DNA of 46,247 nucleotides from Vermamoeba vermiformis. Its lineage: Eukaryota. Below, in pieces: positions 1 to 11,700 of the stretch (positions are counted from its first letter, which is position 1; each line of letters opens with the position of its first letter). The translations under genes were made by a program, and so were the position numbers. Below the pieces are notes generated by a model that was not told the origin of the DNA, ran no database searches, and saw nothing but the letters and a program-made list of their open reading frames with translations. The stretch lies in assembly GCA_045837725.1 (NCBI GenBank), contig JBEWZL010000296.1:62001-108247 (forward strand), written 5' to 3'.

Positions 1-68
1 TCAAGCAAAATTGTAAGCATTAGCTCCTAAGCTCATCAGTAAATATTTTTTATTTGTCCAAATGACAG

Positions 69-1327
69 ATGTCGGCGACGAAGCACAAGCCCGACGAGGA
101 TTGCTCGCATTGAGATATCCCATTGAAAATGGTACGTTACAGATGATATACTGATATTTTAATGTTCACTGAATGGCTTACAGTTCTTTTTTCCTTTTTA
201 GGCAAAATAATGGAATGGGACGCGCTCGAACAAGTTCTCCGTCACACTTTTGATAACGAACTGCGACGAGACCCGCACCATCATCCGGTTTTGATGAGCG
301 AACAGCCACTTGGTTCTAGACGTGATCGCGAGACATTGTGTCAACTCATGTTTGAAACGTTCAATGTGCCAGCCTATCACGCAGCGCTCTGTCCTATTCT
401 TGCGACGAATGCTTCTGGACGAAACACAGCCTTAGTAGTCGATGTTGGTACGTTGAATTGGACCTTCTCTCCTCAGGTGTTATATAGCTCGAGACGATCG
501 GACACTTAACAATCATATTCAGGTGATGGCGTGATGACAACAACGCCTATAACGCGAGGCTATGCAGCTAGACAAGCAAACCGAAGAGTGCACTTCTCGG
601 GACGAGATCTCACGCATTACTTGACGAGACTGCTGATCGATAGAGGGCAAGTAAAACTTTACTGATACTAGTGGAATCTATTAATGAATATCACTGTTTT
701 AGATATTATTTTACGCGGTCGTCGGATTTTGAAACAGTGCGAGAATTGAAAGAAAAGCTCTGTTACGTACCACTTGATTATGAAGCAGCATTGCATCGGT
801 CATTGGTATCGACTGAACTCGACAAAAACTATGAACTGCCTGACGGTCAAATCATCACACTAGGTATGTCTCCGTTAAATTGGTTTGCTGACTTTGGATC
901 CACTACGGGACAGCACTAACATTAAAACTCTTGCCTTATAGGCCATGAGCGCTTCACATGTCCCGAAGCGTTATTTCAACCATCATTAGTGGGTCGTGAA
1001 GGACCTGGCATTCATGAACTGGTGTTCGATGCAATCAACTCTTGCACGATTGATTCTCGAAAAGAGTTGTGGGGCAATATCGTTCTGACTGGTGGCACTA
1101 CAATGTTGAATGGCTTTGCAGATCGAATGCACAAAGAGATGACTCAGTTAGCACCGTCAAATATGGAAGTCAGAATCATCGCTCCACCTGAACGAAAATA
1201 CTCAGTTTGGATTGGTGGCTCGCTATTGGCACGTATCGTTGGCGTTGTGATGCTGTGGATCTGCAAAGAAGAGTACGATGAAACCGGTCCTGCAATGGTT
1301 CACAGAAAATGCTACGCTGGTGATTAA
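69..1327 (+). CDS. Divergent actin / actin-related protein, copy 1 (5' exons lie outside the window)
   Basis: Spliced exons read [84 protein letters not shown] and [14 protein letters not shown], ending KCYAGD*. Introns at 132-200, 448-522, 647-702 (GC donor) and about 864-941. Confidence 0.92.
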
Positions 1328-1568
1328 AACTTTTTCACTATAATTCTCACCACAGTCCCAAGCAAGATACATTACCTTAGGAGATGCTATACAAAAGCGT
1401 TTAATGTTCCTCATCCAAACAACGTGAATTCCCATCGATCCGGAGCTATTTTTGTCTCGACGTTTTACAAACAGAAGCAAGTAAAAGCACACGCGAATAA
1501 AATGAGAACAACAGAATCTTGATTTAATGCTCGTTTAATAGACAAGAATAGATAGCGCGAAACAACGA

Positions 1569-3276
1569 ATGGCGGACGAGTACTTCCCTTTAGTGTTAGA
1601 TCTTGGTTCAAGTAGGTAATGTTGGGCTAGCATGTCAACTTAGTCGCCAAAAAAATAATAAAAGCTGCCCCACACCGAATTATTTTTCGTTGCAGTATTT
1701 TATTTCCGGTTTCGAGGCTGTTCAATTTTTTGAAAATTAAATCATAATTTAATAATTCAAAATTGCGGTTTTATATCGACCATTCGGCAAGATTACAACT
1801 AAAAAGACTATAAATAATAAACAGCAACTCTTAATAATAACTTTAATGCCAGGTATGGTTAAAGCAGGCTACGCTGGCGACGATGCTCCTCGTGCAGTGT
1901 TTCCGAATATCATTGGCGCACCGAGACATCCTGCAGTTCAAATCGGAATGGGCGCTAAGAATCGCTGTAAGGATCAGTTGAAAGATTCAATAGACACGGC
2001 CAACGGATCTCATATATTTTTTCTATTACTAGACATTGGCGATGAAGCACAAGCTAAACGAGGCATACTCTCGTTAAAGTACCCTATAGAGAACGGTACG
2101 TTATTAATTATTTTAATTTAAGTAAAGTGTTGTCGATCCGCTGATCTTTCAATTGCTCAACGACTTAAAAGGGTTCTATTTATAGGCACAATAACAGACT
2201 GGGACGCTCTCGAAGCAATTCTGCACCACACATTTCACAACGAATTAGCCGTGGCACCGGAAGAACATCCGATCCTGATCAGCGAACATCCGCTCGGGTC
2301 CTCACTCAATAGCTGGAAGTTATGTCAGTACATGTTCGAGATATTTAACGTGCCTGCTTATTACTCCGCATTGGCACCTGTGTTAGCGATCTACGCTGTT
2401 GGCAGAGGAACGGGGATTAACGTTGATATTGGTAAGCTCGATAATATTATCATGCGTATTTATGGTTATTGACTAATTAATCAACTCCTAGGTGACGGAG
2501 TGATGACAGTGATGCCCGTATATTACGGCTACACTTTACGGCGGTGCGTCAGGCGAGTCAATTTTTCGGGACGGGATCTAACTCATTTCATGACGAAGTT
2601 ACTCATTGATCGAGGGTACGTTCAATAATTCGCATTCAATTATGCTTACGTAATTTATTACCTGCTAGGTATTATTTGAACCGTACATCAGACTTTGAAA
2701 CAGTGCGAGAATTGAAAGAAAAATTATGTTACGTACCACTTGATTACGAAACAGAAATACATCGGTCATTGGTATCGACTGAACTTGACAAGAACTATGA
2801 ACTGCCAGATGGTCAAATCATCACTCTAGGTACCACATTGATTTCACAAACTTTTACGACACTAATATTAACTCTGTTGCTTCACAGGCCACGAACGCTT
2901 CACATGTCCCGAAGCGTTATTTCAGCCATCATTAGTGGGTCGTGAAGGTTCTGGCATTCATGAACTGGTGTTCGATGCGATCAAATCCGCAGACAAAGAC
3001 ATCCAGAAGGACCTGTGGGGCAATATTGTACTTACCGGTGGCACTACAATGCTGAATGGCTTTGCAGATCGAATGTACAAAGAGATGACTCAGTTAGCAC
3101 CGTCGAATATGAAGTGTAAAATACTGGCATATCCTGAGCGAAAATACTCGACGTGGATCGGTGGCTCGATCGTAGCTTCGCTGTCTCATTTCCAACAGAA
3201 GTGGATCTCAAAAGAGGAGTACGATGAATGTGGACCTACTATACTTACTAGAAAGATGTCCTTCGCTGGCTACTAA
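1569..3276 (+). CDS. Divergent actin / actin-related protein, copy 2 (complete)
   Basis: [32 protein letters not shown]...[21 protein letters not shown]...[24 protein letters not shown]. Intron positions are shared with copy 1. Confidence 0.94.
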
Positions 3277-3527
3277 CCCTTCATCGTGCACGCGTAGATG
3301 TGCCTGAGGTGAAGTTTTATCCAATTGGATAAAGCGGAGAATTCATAGTATCATATCAGCTCCAATCACTTAGCGAAATATACAATGAGCGATTAATTGA
3401 CCTTAAAATAAACAAATTGATTTTTCCTTTTTTAGAATAGTTTCGAGTTTTCGCTCCAATTTTCGGCCCGTGGTGAAATGGCTCTTCGAAGACTTGAGTT
3501 CGTGCAGTATTTTACAATATTAATACA

Positions 3528-6500
3528 ATGGGTGACTTGCAACGAGAAGCACTAATCGATCATAACGGAAATAATGACAGTAACGAAGATCTGATCGAGG
3601 TCTCGTTAGCGACATTGAGATCAAGTCAATAATTAAAAAAGTGCGCCATTTTGCATTAATTAACGAATATAATCAATTTTGCTATGTTAATAGAAGGTTT
3701 TGTCAATTATTCGGTAAGATCAAGAAATAAAATATTTAAATCTAATCGTCACGATATTGCCTTGCTAATTTTTCATTGTATTAATTAGGTTACCAACGAA
3801 ACGAAATTATTAATCAGCATGTTTTTGAATTATACGGCGAGCTAACGGATTTCGGCGCCAAAGAAAAGATCTCGAAAGGTCTGACGAGCCACAAGGAAAA
3901 ATCAACGTCTCTCATATTATACCGAAAAGACAAAGTGCCTATGGAAGTATTTGTCCGAATATCTCCATTGAAGAAAGGTAATCAATTGCGATCCGTGCGC
4001 GGGAGATCGCGTGATTAAATTGTCTTCTTTAAAATTGCTCTTTACTTATCGTTATGGTACTTATAGTTAATTTATGACATAACCACGATATTCTTACAAT
4101 TTTTACTTGTCTTGGTAATTAGTTTCTTAATTTTGTTATTTAGATCCAGACACTATCGCCTTTCATTTGCTTACCGTCAAATACCTACTCAACTACCTAG
4201 TGATTATGAATTATTTTCACCTTCGAGTCCAAACTTGCGATCACCTTCTAAAGTCAAATCTGCTACAGTTAACACCGCTCCACAAAATGCAACGGACACA
4301 AGCGGCAAAGACGTCGTAATATCACTTCAACGTAATATAAAAATGGACGATATATCACCTATGGATTTAGAATGGGATATTTCATACGGCGTGGACATAA
4401 AGCTACCCAAGGAAACTCGATGCGGCAAATCCAAAACAATACACCGGAAGATTTTGCATTCTGTTCGTGCTTGTGCTAAACCTGGAGAACTACTTGCCAT
4501 TATGGGACCTACTGGTAGAATCAAATAATTTTTTGAGCAGATCAGTTTCCACTAACAATTGAAATGCAAAATTTAGGTTGCGGTAAAACAACTCTATTGA
4601 ATATTTTGGCGCAAAGAGCTAGAAGAGGCGTTAAAGGACAGCTATATGCGAACGGAGAAGTTCCGAATAAGAATTACAAACGAAAAATTGGTTACGTCTT
4701 ACAATCGGACATTTTCTTCGAGAATTTGACCGTAGAACAAACGCTAAATTTTCAAGCTGCTATGAGACTGCCTGCAGAACTCACTGATCAAGAACGGAAA
4801 GCCAAGGTAAGCAAATTTCAGCTCTGATGATGATTTGTCATTGTTACGCGGATGTGCTTTAAGAAACTCGACCATGGGACCTAAATACATCATTAATAGG
4901 TTCAAGATGTTATGGAGGTACTTAACATCACAAAAACACGCAATACTATCATTGGCGGTTATGCTCGCCGAGGAATTTCAGGAGGCGAGAAGAAGCGAGT
5001 CAATATCGGCAATCAACTGCTAACAAATCCGAGCATTTTATTCCTCGATGAACCTACTACAGGATTAGTAAGCATGTATATCATTTTTAAGTGCACATAC
5101 GCAACATTAGCTTCAGATCCGATCTACCGGATCCAGCTTTTTCTTGCTTGTTCTCGTAATTAACTCATATGCTCTATTTAGGACACTAGTACAGCATTGA
5201 GTCTTATGCTGACATTGAAAGAAATGGCGCGAGCAGGCATGACTATTGTAGCGACCATTCATCAACCGTCATCGCAGATCTTCGAACAATTCGACAAATT
5301 ACTTGTAAGCTTCGCATTCCATTTACTTATTAATATATGTTATTTTTTATCGTAGCTCGCTCAAATATTGAAAATGCGTTAAATTAACGTTATTATTTAT
5401 TAGTTAATGGTGGACGGCAACACCGTTTATTTTGGCGCCGCTAATGCAGCAATCAGTTATTTCAGCTCGATTGGCTTGAAATGTCCGAAGAACTATAATC
5501 CTGCCGACTTTATGAGTACGTAATTGATTAATAAGGCAATACCTTCATTAAGCTAACTGGTGACTAGTGGGACTGGTGCTCGAAGAAGAAATTAAACAAG
5601 AAGACATGTTAAAGAAGAAAATTATCAAAGATTGGCAAGAATATCAAAGAGACAGCAAGAATTATGAAAAACAATTCAAATATTTGACAAATGACACGAA
5701 CGGAGTAAGTAACGTTACAAATCATTCCAATACTCGTACTTATTACCCGCTTTAGGTCGATCAAGATGACAGTTCGGTCGAGTCAAAGCAAAAACAAAAG
5801 ATTAAGAAAGACTACGCGAGATCGTGGGGAGATCAATTCAAAACATTGTGGCTCCGTGCGATAATTCAAAGCAAAGGCGTTTATTTTGAAACAATACAGT
5901 ACATTCAACTAGCACTAGTCGTGGTACGTTAACTGTAGAAAAATATCTTTGACACGTGTCAACCTGTCAAGTGTCAAAACGTCGCTCCATTTTTTCACGC
6001 GATATTTTCAGTCTATTAACGTATCTTATTATAGTTAATCGTAAGTATATTGTGGCTTCAAACGCCAGCACGTGAAGATAGAATCAACGACATTATCGGC
6101 GTTATGTTCTTTTTGGCCATTTACAACATTGGATTCTTTCCCATGCTTTGTTCGCTCTTCAATTGTAAGTCACAATTTCCTTTTTTGGAATTAATCGTGA
6201 CATTTTGCAGTTCCACCCGAGCGCGATGTGATTATACGAGAGCGGTCAGAAGGCGCGTATTATCTCTCAGCCTACTTTGCTGCCAAAGCACTGAGCGACA
6301 TGCCCTTTTTGATCTTGTATCCATTTGCTTACGTCATTCCAACGTACTTCTTGGTTGGACTCGCGTATGACGCCGCAAAGTACGTACTAAATTTTCACAT
6401 CGGAAGCACAAACTCTAACTATTCTTTGCAGATTTTTCTATTTTTTGTTGCTGATCATGGTCGGATCCATTACGGCGACGGGTCTTGGTTTAGTCTTTAG

Positions 6501-7030
6501 CGCGGGATTTCCAGATGTGAGAAAGTCCCAAGTATTTGCTACTGTGGCCATGTTGTTCATGTACGATAAGTTTAACATTAGATCTAATACGAGATGTTAA
6601 GTGCTAACCTTGGCTTTCAGTTTATTGGCTGGCGGCTTTTACATCAAACTAGAGCTCATTCCTGCGTGGATTAGTTGGCTGCAGTATTTGTCGTACTTGA
6701 AGTACGCCCTTGATGTAAGTCTCGGTTTGACACGTGTCATATATATACTCTGTTTTGTTAAGTGACACGTGTCAAGTTGCAAAAGTCTTCTAACATTTCC
6801 AAATATAGTCATTGATCATCAGCCAGTTCACAGGCGCTACATTCGAACAAACACCACTTGTGACACAATTCGATGGCTACGATCCAATTCCCGGTGAACT
6901 CGTCATAGCATCGCGATCACTGACAGTGCCCTCAATGTGGGGCAGTTTTGCCGTGGTGATTGGTTGGGGCATTGCGTTCTGGGCCGTAGCATTTGTGTTG
7001 CTACGGAACTCGCTTAAACCACGCAATTAA
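3528..7030 (+). CDS. Half-size ABCG (White-family) transporter, NBD then TMD; 5' end uncertain, with a probable N-terminal PAS domain
   Basis: Walker A GPTG|CGKTT, signature ISGGEKKR, Walker [17 protein letters not shown] and YNPADF. TMD carries RERSEGAY and AGGFY...[16 protein letters not shown]. Stop at 7030. The core exons splice in frame. The start is either ATG 3528 (needs a frameshift near 4180) or ATG 4343. Confidence 0.9.
3611..4181 (+). other. PAS/PAC domain-coding exons (EAG/KCNH-like PAS) upstream of the ABCG core
   Basis: Exons (..3713, 3789-3977, 4144..) joined by GT-AG introns 3714-3788 and 3978-4143 give [88 protein letters not shown]. This fits the PAS pattern YVNxxFCxLxGY...E...YRKD...ISP. 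Confidence 0.8.
5950..5961. repeat. Palindrome TGACACGTGTCA (ABCG intron 5924-6034)
   Basis: Exact match, followed by extra TGTCAA and GTGTCAAAA half-sites. Confidence 0.95.
6728..6774. repeat. Two copies of palindrome TGACACGTGTCA (6728-6739 and 6763-6774; ABCG intron 6715-6808)
   Basis: Exact matches. Confidence 0.95.
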
Positions 7031-7141
7031 GACCTTGTTCAGCTTGTGGAGTTCATGGTAAGTTTATTCAAAATACACTAGGATAAGATACGGCGTAACA
7101 CTTAAGCTAGGCCGTGGACTCATGTCCTATTAGAGCTGTTG

Positions 7142-8432
7142 CTATTCGTTCTGGTTCAGTGGTGTCGGGCGGATTGCTCGTTGTGCTGCGGGCGTCCTAA
7201 AAAGTGTAGATGAGAGGGGTACGGTAAGAGCGCTCAGGGGTATGAACCGTGCTGGCGGCGTTGAAGTACGCTTGGGCAACACAAAAAAGTTGTGTGAGGC
7301 TTCAGGGACGTTTCTAATTTCTTTTTCAAAGTCCATCAACTGCCGCTTAAAGCCATTGTTCAACTTCGTCAAAATTTTCAATTCTTCTTCTATACGTCTC
7401 TTTGCTTCCTGTAGCGTCATTCTAAATAAAAAATTGCTTACTCACTTCCAAATAAGGCAATATTGCTGTACGTACCCTCGGTGCTTAATTAAATAGGCGT
7501 AAATTATAGCAACAGATCTCGACTGACCCATTTTGCAGTGCACTAATACACTACCAGAGACAAGGCCTTTCCAAATAAAATCAGTCAAATCATGCAGCTT
7601 GGGCATGATGTTCTCGTGTTCGCTGTCCTTAAATGGCTCTCTAAAAAAGATCCTGTTAATTAACGTGACACCAGGTAACTCTGGCAACTTACTTTTTGTA
7701 CGTAAACTGGAACGGAAGTTTACCATCGGTAAAAAATATATCTCGCTCGTAGTAATTGGATACCTTTTAGGCCACATTAACAATGTGCGTGACGTTCACT
7801 GACAATAGCCTGCAGTATTAAACGGCATTAGTTATTGGTGGAATATTCATTTAATACTAAAAACGTACCACTCGGAATTAATGGCGACATCAGCATTGCC
7901 TAAAAACAGACGAGACTCTGCTGTTATTTCAATTACTTCAATGCCTTGCTGAATATCGAATGGATGTAATGTCTCGCTGATCTGCCGTTCTGTTTTGATC
8001 GGAGTTAACTCGAGGTTGACTGGAGTTTCAGCTTTGTTGGGAGATTGCAAGAGCTCTGGATCAACTGCTATTTCATCCAAAGCGCCAAGATCGGATATAA
8101 ACGGCAAATCTTGAACTTGAAAATCAGTTGTTGGGAGCAGATCTGGCATTTCAGCGAGGATCTCGGATTTTTTGCTCTTGGCACGTTTCGGAGGCTTTGA
8201 TGCCTCTGAATCTTGTAGTGGCAACTTGCGTTTTCGATCTGCTGGCTTCTGGTAATCTTTCTTTGTCACTGCGGTTGTGTTTTCTTTGCCGATGATCCGT
8301 GATCTTTTTGGATTAGTTACGGAGCTCAAAAAAGTAATTGATATAAAAAAATTATTTACATACCATTTGCACGGGGTTAACCTCAGCAGAGCTTAAATCG
8401 TGATGCAAGCAAGTTGATGGATGTCTTGGCAT
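7142..8432 (-). CDS. Dual-specificity protein phosphatase (MKP-like/atypical DUSP)
   Basis: RLFLGNADVA and the catalytic loop VLVHCKMGQSRSVAIIYAYLIK, then MTLQEA...LNNGFKRQL. Basic NLS-like N-terminus (RKRK). The first exon is uncertain. Confidence 0.85.
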
Positions 8433-8705
8433 TAATTTCGGCTTAGTTTAATGCAGAAAATAAAATACATTAAGTGCAAAAATAATCATGTGATATTTAT
8501 TCTTACCAAAAGAAGTCATAACGTTTTAGTTTTCTGCCCGTTAAAAAACTGATCCAGATTAAACTAAACGGGTGACCTGAATTCCTCTTTTTGGCCAAAC
8601 CTACGATTGCATGAAAATATAAATATTAGGGCCATTGTGATTCTTCAACTTTACCTGATTTGGACAAATCACCAAATATTAATTTTTAGTCTTTGTTCTC
8701 GAGAA

Positions 8706-8744
8706 AAAAAAATTTCGTGAATGGTAAAAAATTTCGTGAATGGT
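8706..8744. repeat. Short tandem direct repeat, AAAAAATTTCGTGAATGGT x2
   Basis: Two adjacent 19-nt copies just past the stop codon of the minus-strand gene ending at 8750. Confidence 0.7.
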
Positions 8745-8749
8745 GTTTA

Positions 8750-11700
8750 TTATTTTGCTTTCACGTTGAACAATTGTTTCTCGCCATTATTGTACGTCAC
8801 GAGCAGCTCTGAAGAATTATGACCTGATTTGAAAGCCAATACTTCGCGCAAGTCATAGCGGACGCGAACTTTAGTCCTCTTTAAGAAATCGAGTGAAGGC
8901 AATACTGCTAGAGAACTGACAGCTAAACAAAAAATATAATTTTAGTAATTATTATGATAATCGTAAATTATTTGGCTTAATTATTTTTGGATTAGCTTAC
9001 CAGATTTGACGCGGAAAATTAACGGTGCAATGATGAAGTAACTAACAGCTGCGCAACCAACGCCAAAATAGAACCACTTTCTATTCTTCTTCACGAATCT
9101 TTCTATTTTAGCTTCAATTGTCGAGGATTGGACGATCTGTCGAATCCAGGTTAGACTTAGTCTTGCAACTGTATTTTTGAAGCTGAATAATTCTTACCTT
9201 CTTATCATTATTGTTTAATCGGTTAATTTCGTCGGTGAGCTAAATAAAGAATGAAGAATTAAAAAACAGATCGAGATCAAGAAAGTTGCAACGTACTCGT
9301 TGGATGTGCTTCTCTCGCTCAGCCAAAAGTGATTTAAACCGTTCAATTTCAACGTCTATATTATCGCCTGTAGTTTCTATGTGATTAGTACTCGATTGGC
9401 TGTTGTTAACTTCGAGCTGAAGAACGTTGACTTGTGTTTGCAATTGTTCATTGGCAGTTTCCTTATTTAGTAATGTCTCTTTGAGCAACTTGATCTCGTT
9501 ACGTAAAATTTCCATATTTGTACTGACTTTGGATTCGTCAGCGTTACTTTGCGTTAATTTCTTTCGCAGATCTCTTTCTCGTTCACTGAACGCTCTTTCC
9601 TTATTTAGTAATTCCGCTTCTTTTTCCTTCAATTGCGATTCTAATGTAATTATCGTGCTTTGTTGACTATTAATTTGATCTATTTTTAGCTTTATGTCAT
9701 TTTCTCGCTGAGCCAATTGATTTTCTTTTTCAGTCAACGCGGTTTCTAACTTGGAAATCGAAGCTTTGCTAGAATTCATTTGTTGCTCGAATTCTTTTTC
9801 TTTCTCGTTCAGTGAACTCTTCAAATTGCTGTTATTTTCTTCACTGCGTTTCAACTCTTCAGATCGAGTTTGCAGATCCGAACTGATCTTCGATGATTCT
9901 TCATATTTCCGCTTTAGTGCTTCTTCTAACTCGCTAATCTTTGCAGATTTTTCTTTAATTAACTGATCGTGATCTTTTTCATTTTGTTCCGTTGCAGATC
10001 TGACTTGATTTTCAAGGCTAGAAATAATTTCGTTCTTCTTAGTCAATTCTTCTTGTATCTGCGCTAATTTTTCTTGCAAGCTCTTCACTAACGCATCTTT
10101 CTCGTTAATTTTTGCTTCTCTTTCGCTCAATTCTTTTTGGACCAGATCCAATTTTTCTTCGAAATTTTTTCTCGTTGTAATTTCATTTTCTTTCAACTTC
10201 TTGTTCTCTTTTTTTAACTCGTCTAATTCATTATTCAATTCTTCATCAATTTTTTCTTGTTCGACCAAACTGTTTTTCGTCTGTTGCAGCATTTGTTTCA
10301 ACTGTTCAAAATTGCTCTTGTATTGTTCCGATTGCGTGGCCAATTTATCCTTCAGTTCGTTATTTTCCCTATTAACAATAAGCAAATTATTAACTGCTTT
10401 AAATTAAAGAACCATCGCTTACTTTTCCAACAAAGATTTTTGTTCGCGAACAGATCTGACTTCATTTTTGCGATTTTCAAGCTCAGCACGCACCTTTAAT
10501 TTTACCAACCGTTAAAATTATTATTAACTTTAGTATTAATATGAAATTACCTGTTGATTGCCTTCGTCTGATGCACGTAACTTTTCGAGCTCTGCTTGCA
10601 AATTGGCCGTGATCTCCTAAAAAGGAAATATTCAGATTAGTAGCAAATCTTATTAATGTTGCTATTATAGCGTACCTTTTGCTTCTCCAACTCTGCTTTC
10701 AACGTCGTCGTGCCTTCATTACACGGGGTCAAACTGCCGGTGACATTGTTCAACTGCGACTCTAAGCTCGCTTTGTTCTATTTTAAGCACCATTAATATA
10801 CTTAATGTAATATATAGGAATAATTTTGTACGTACTGCTTGCAAACTTTTAACTTGGTTCTGCAAGTCTTCGACTTGTTTGTGAAATTCTTCTTGCTGTG
10901 AACAAAAACGATCAGTTATTTCAATACGAATAATAAAATTGATAAAATTTCACTTACTTGCGCCGCTTGGACTTCCAAATCTTTCTTTTTGTTGAGCTAA
11001 AAAAAGAACGTGTCAAAAAAATGAAGTTGACATTTTTGGTTTCGTGAAAGACTTACAGCTGCAAATTTGATCAAGAACGGCACGAATTCTTCGTAATTTA
11101 GTTTTTCCGTGGTCTTTTTCCCACTCTCTTTGTACATCTCTTCGAGCACTGGATCGCTAATAGAAATACCTTGCGAGTCCAAAGTATTCTTGATATCATC
11201 GAATGTGATGTATCCATCGTCATCTGAATCAAATAGCATCGCGTACTGCTCCGCCGTTTCCCTAATAAGGAAATTACATTAGAATTAATGATTGCAAAAA
11301 TTTTTTGATTTGATCCAAAAAAGATCTGAAATTTTGTTAGACTTACTTGGAGGAAAAATCCGCTTCTAAAGGAGCGTTACTAAGCTTCGTGACATCAATC
11401 TTATTAATGACATTTAAGATTAAATCTGATTTTGACGGGGCTGACGGAACTTCAATCGGAAATTTCGTAAAAATCGTGGCAACGAAACCGATCAAATGCG
11501 CGTCTCCTTTCACGACGTCTTCAGCTGACACGAACTTTCTGCACTGAATTTTCTCGGCATTAGCAAGCATCGATTCAGCGCGATTTAATAAATTCTCGAT
11601 CTCGAGCGGAGATCTGTCGCATTGTTCTGGGGCTAGTTGATTCATCAAAACTGTCAAATTTTCACTATCCTATACATAAATAATAATAAATATTAGTCTA

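Noticed and set aside
3789-3977. LOV blue-light photoreceptor
   Set aside because: The position of GxNCRFLQ reads NQHVFELY. There is no photoactive Cys, so it is called a generic, EAG-like PAS.
3995-4143. Alternative in-frame join of PAS to ABCG via intron 3995-4066, giving LIYDIT plus a hydrophobic stretch
   Set aside because: Not excluded, but the donor is weaker, 4067-4143 looks like T-rich intron sequence, and the 3978-4143 splice gives a better PAS terminal strand. cDNA is needed to decide.
9427-10499. Plus-strand F/S/L-rich ORFs, and similar antisense ORFs over the CPS, villin and F-box genes
   Set aside because: They are antisense shadows of E/K-rich or codon-biased exons and show no independent motifs.
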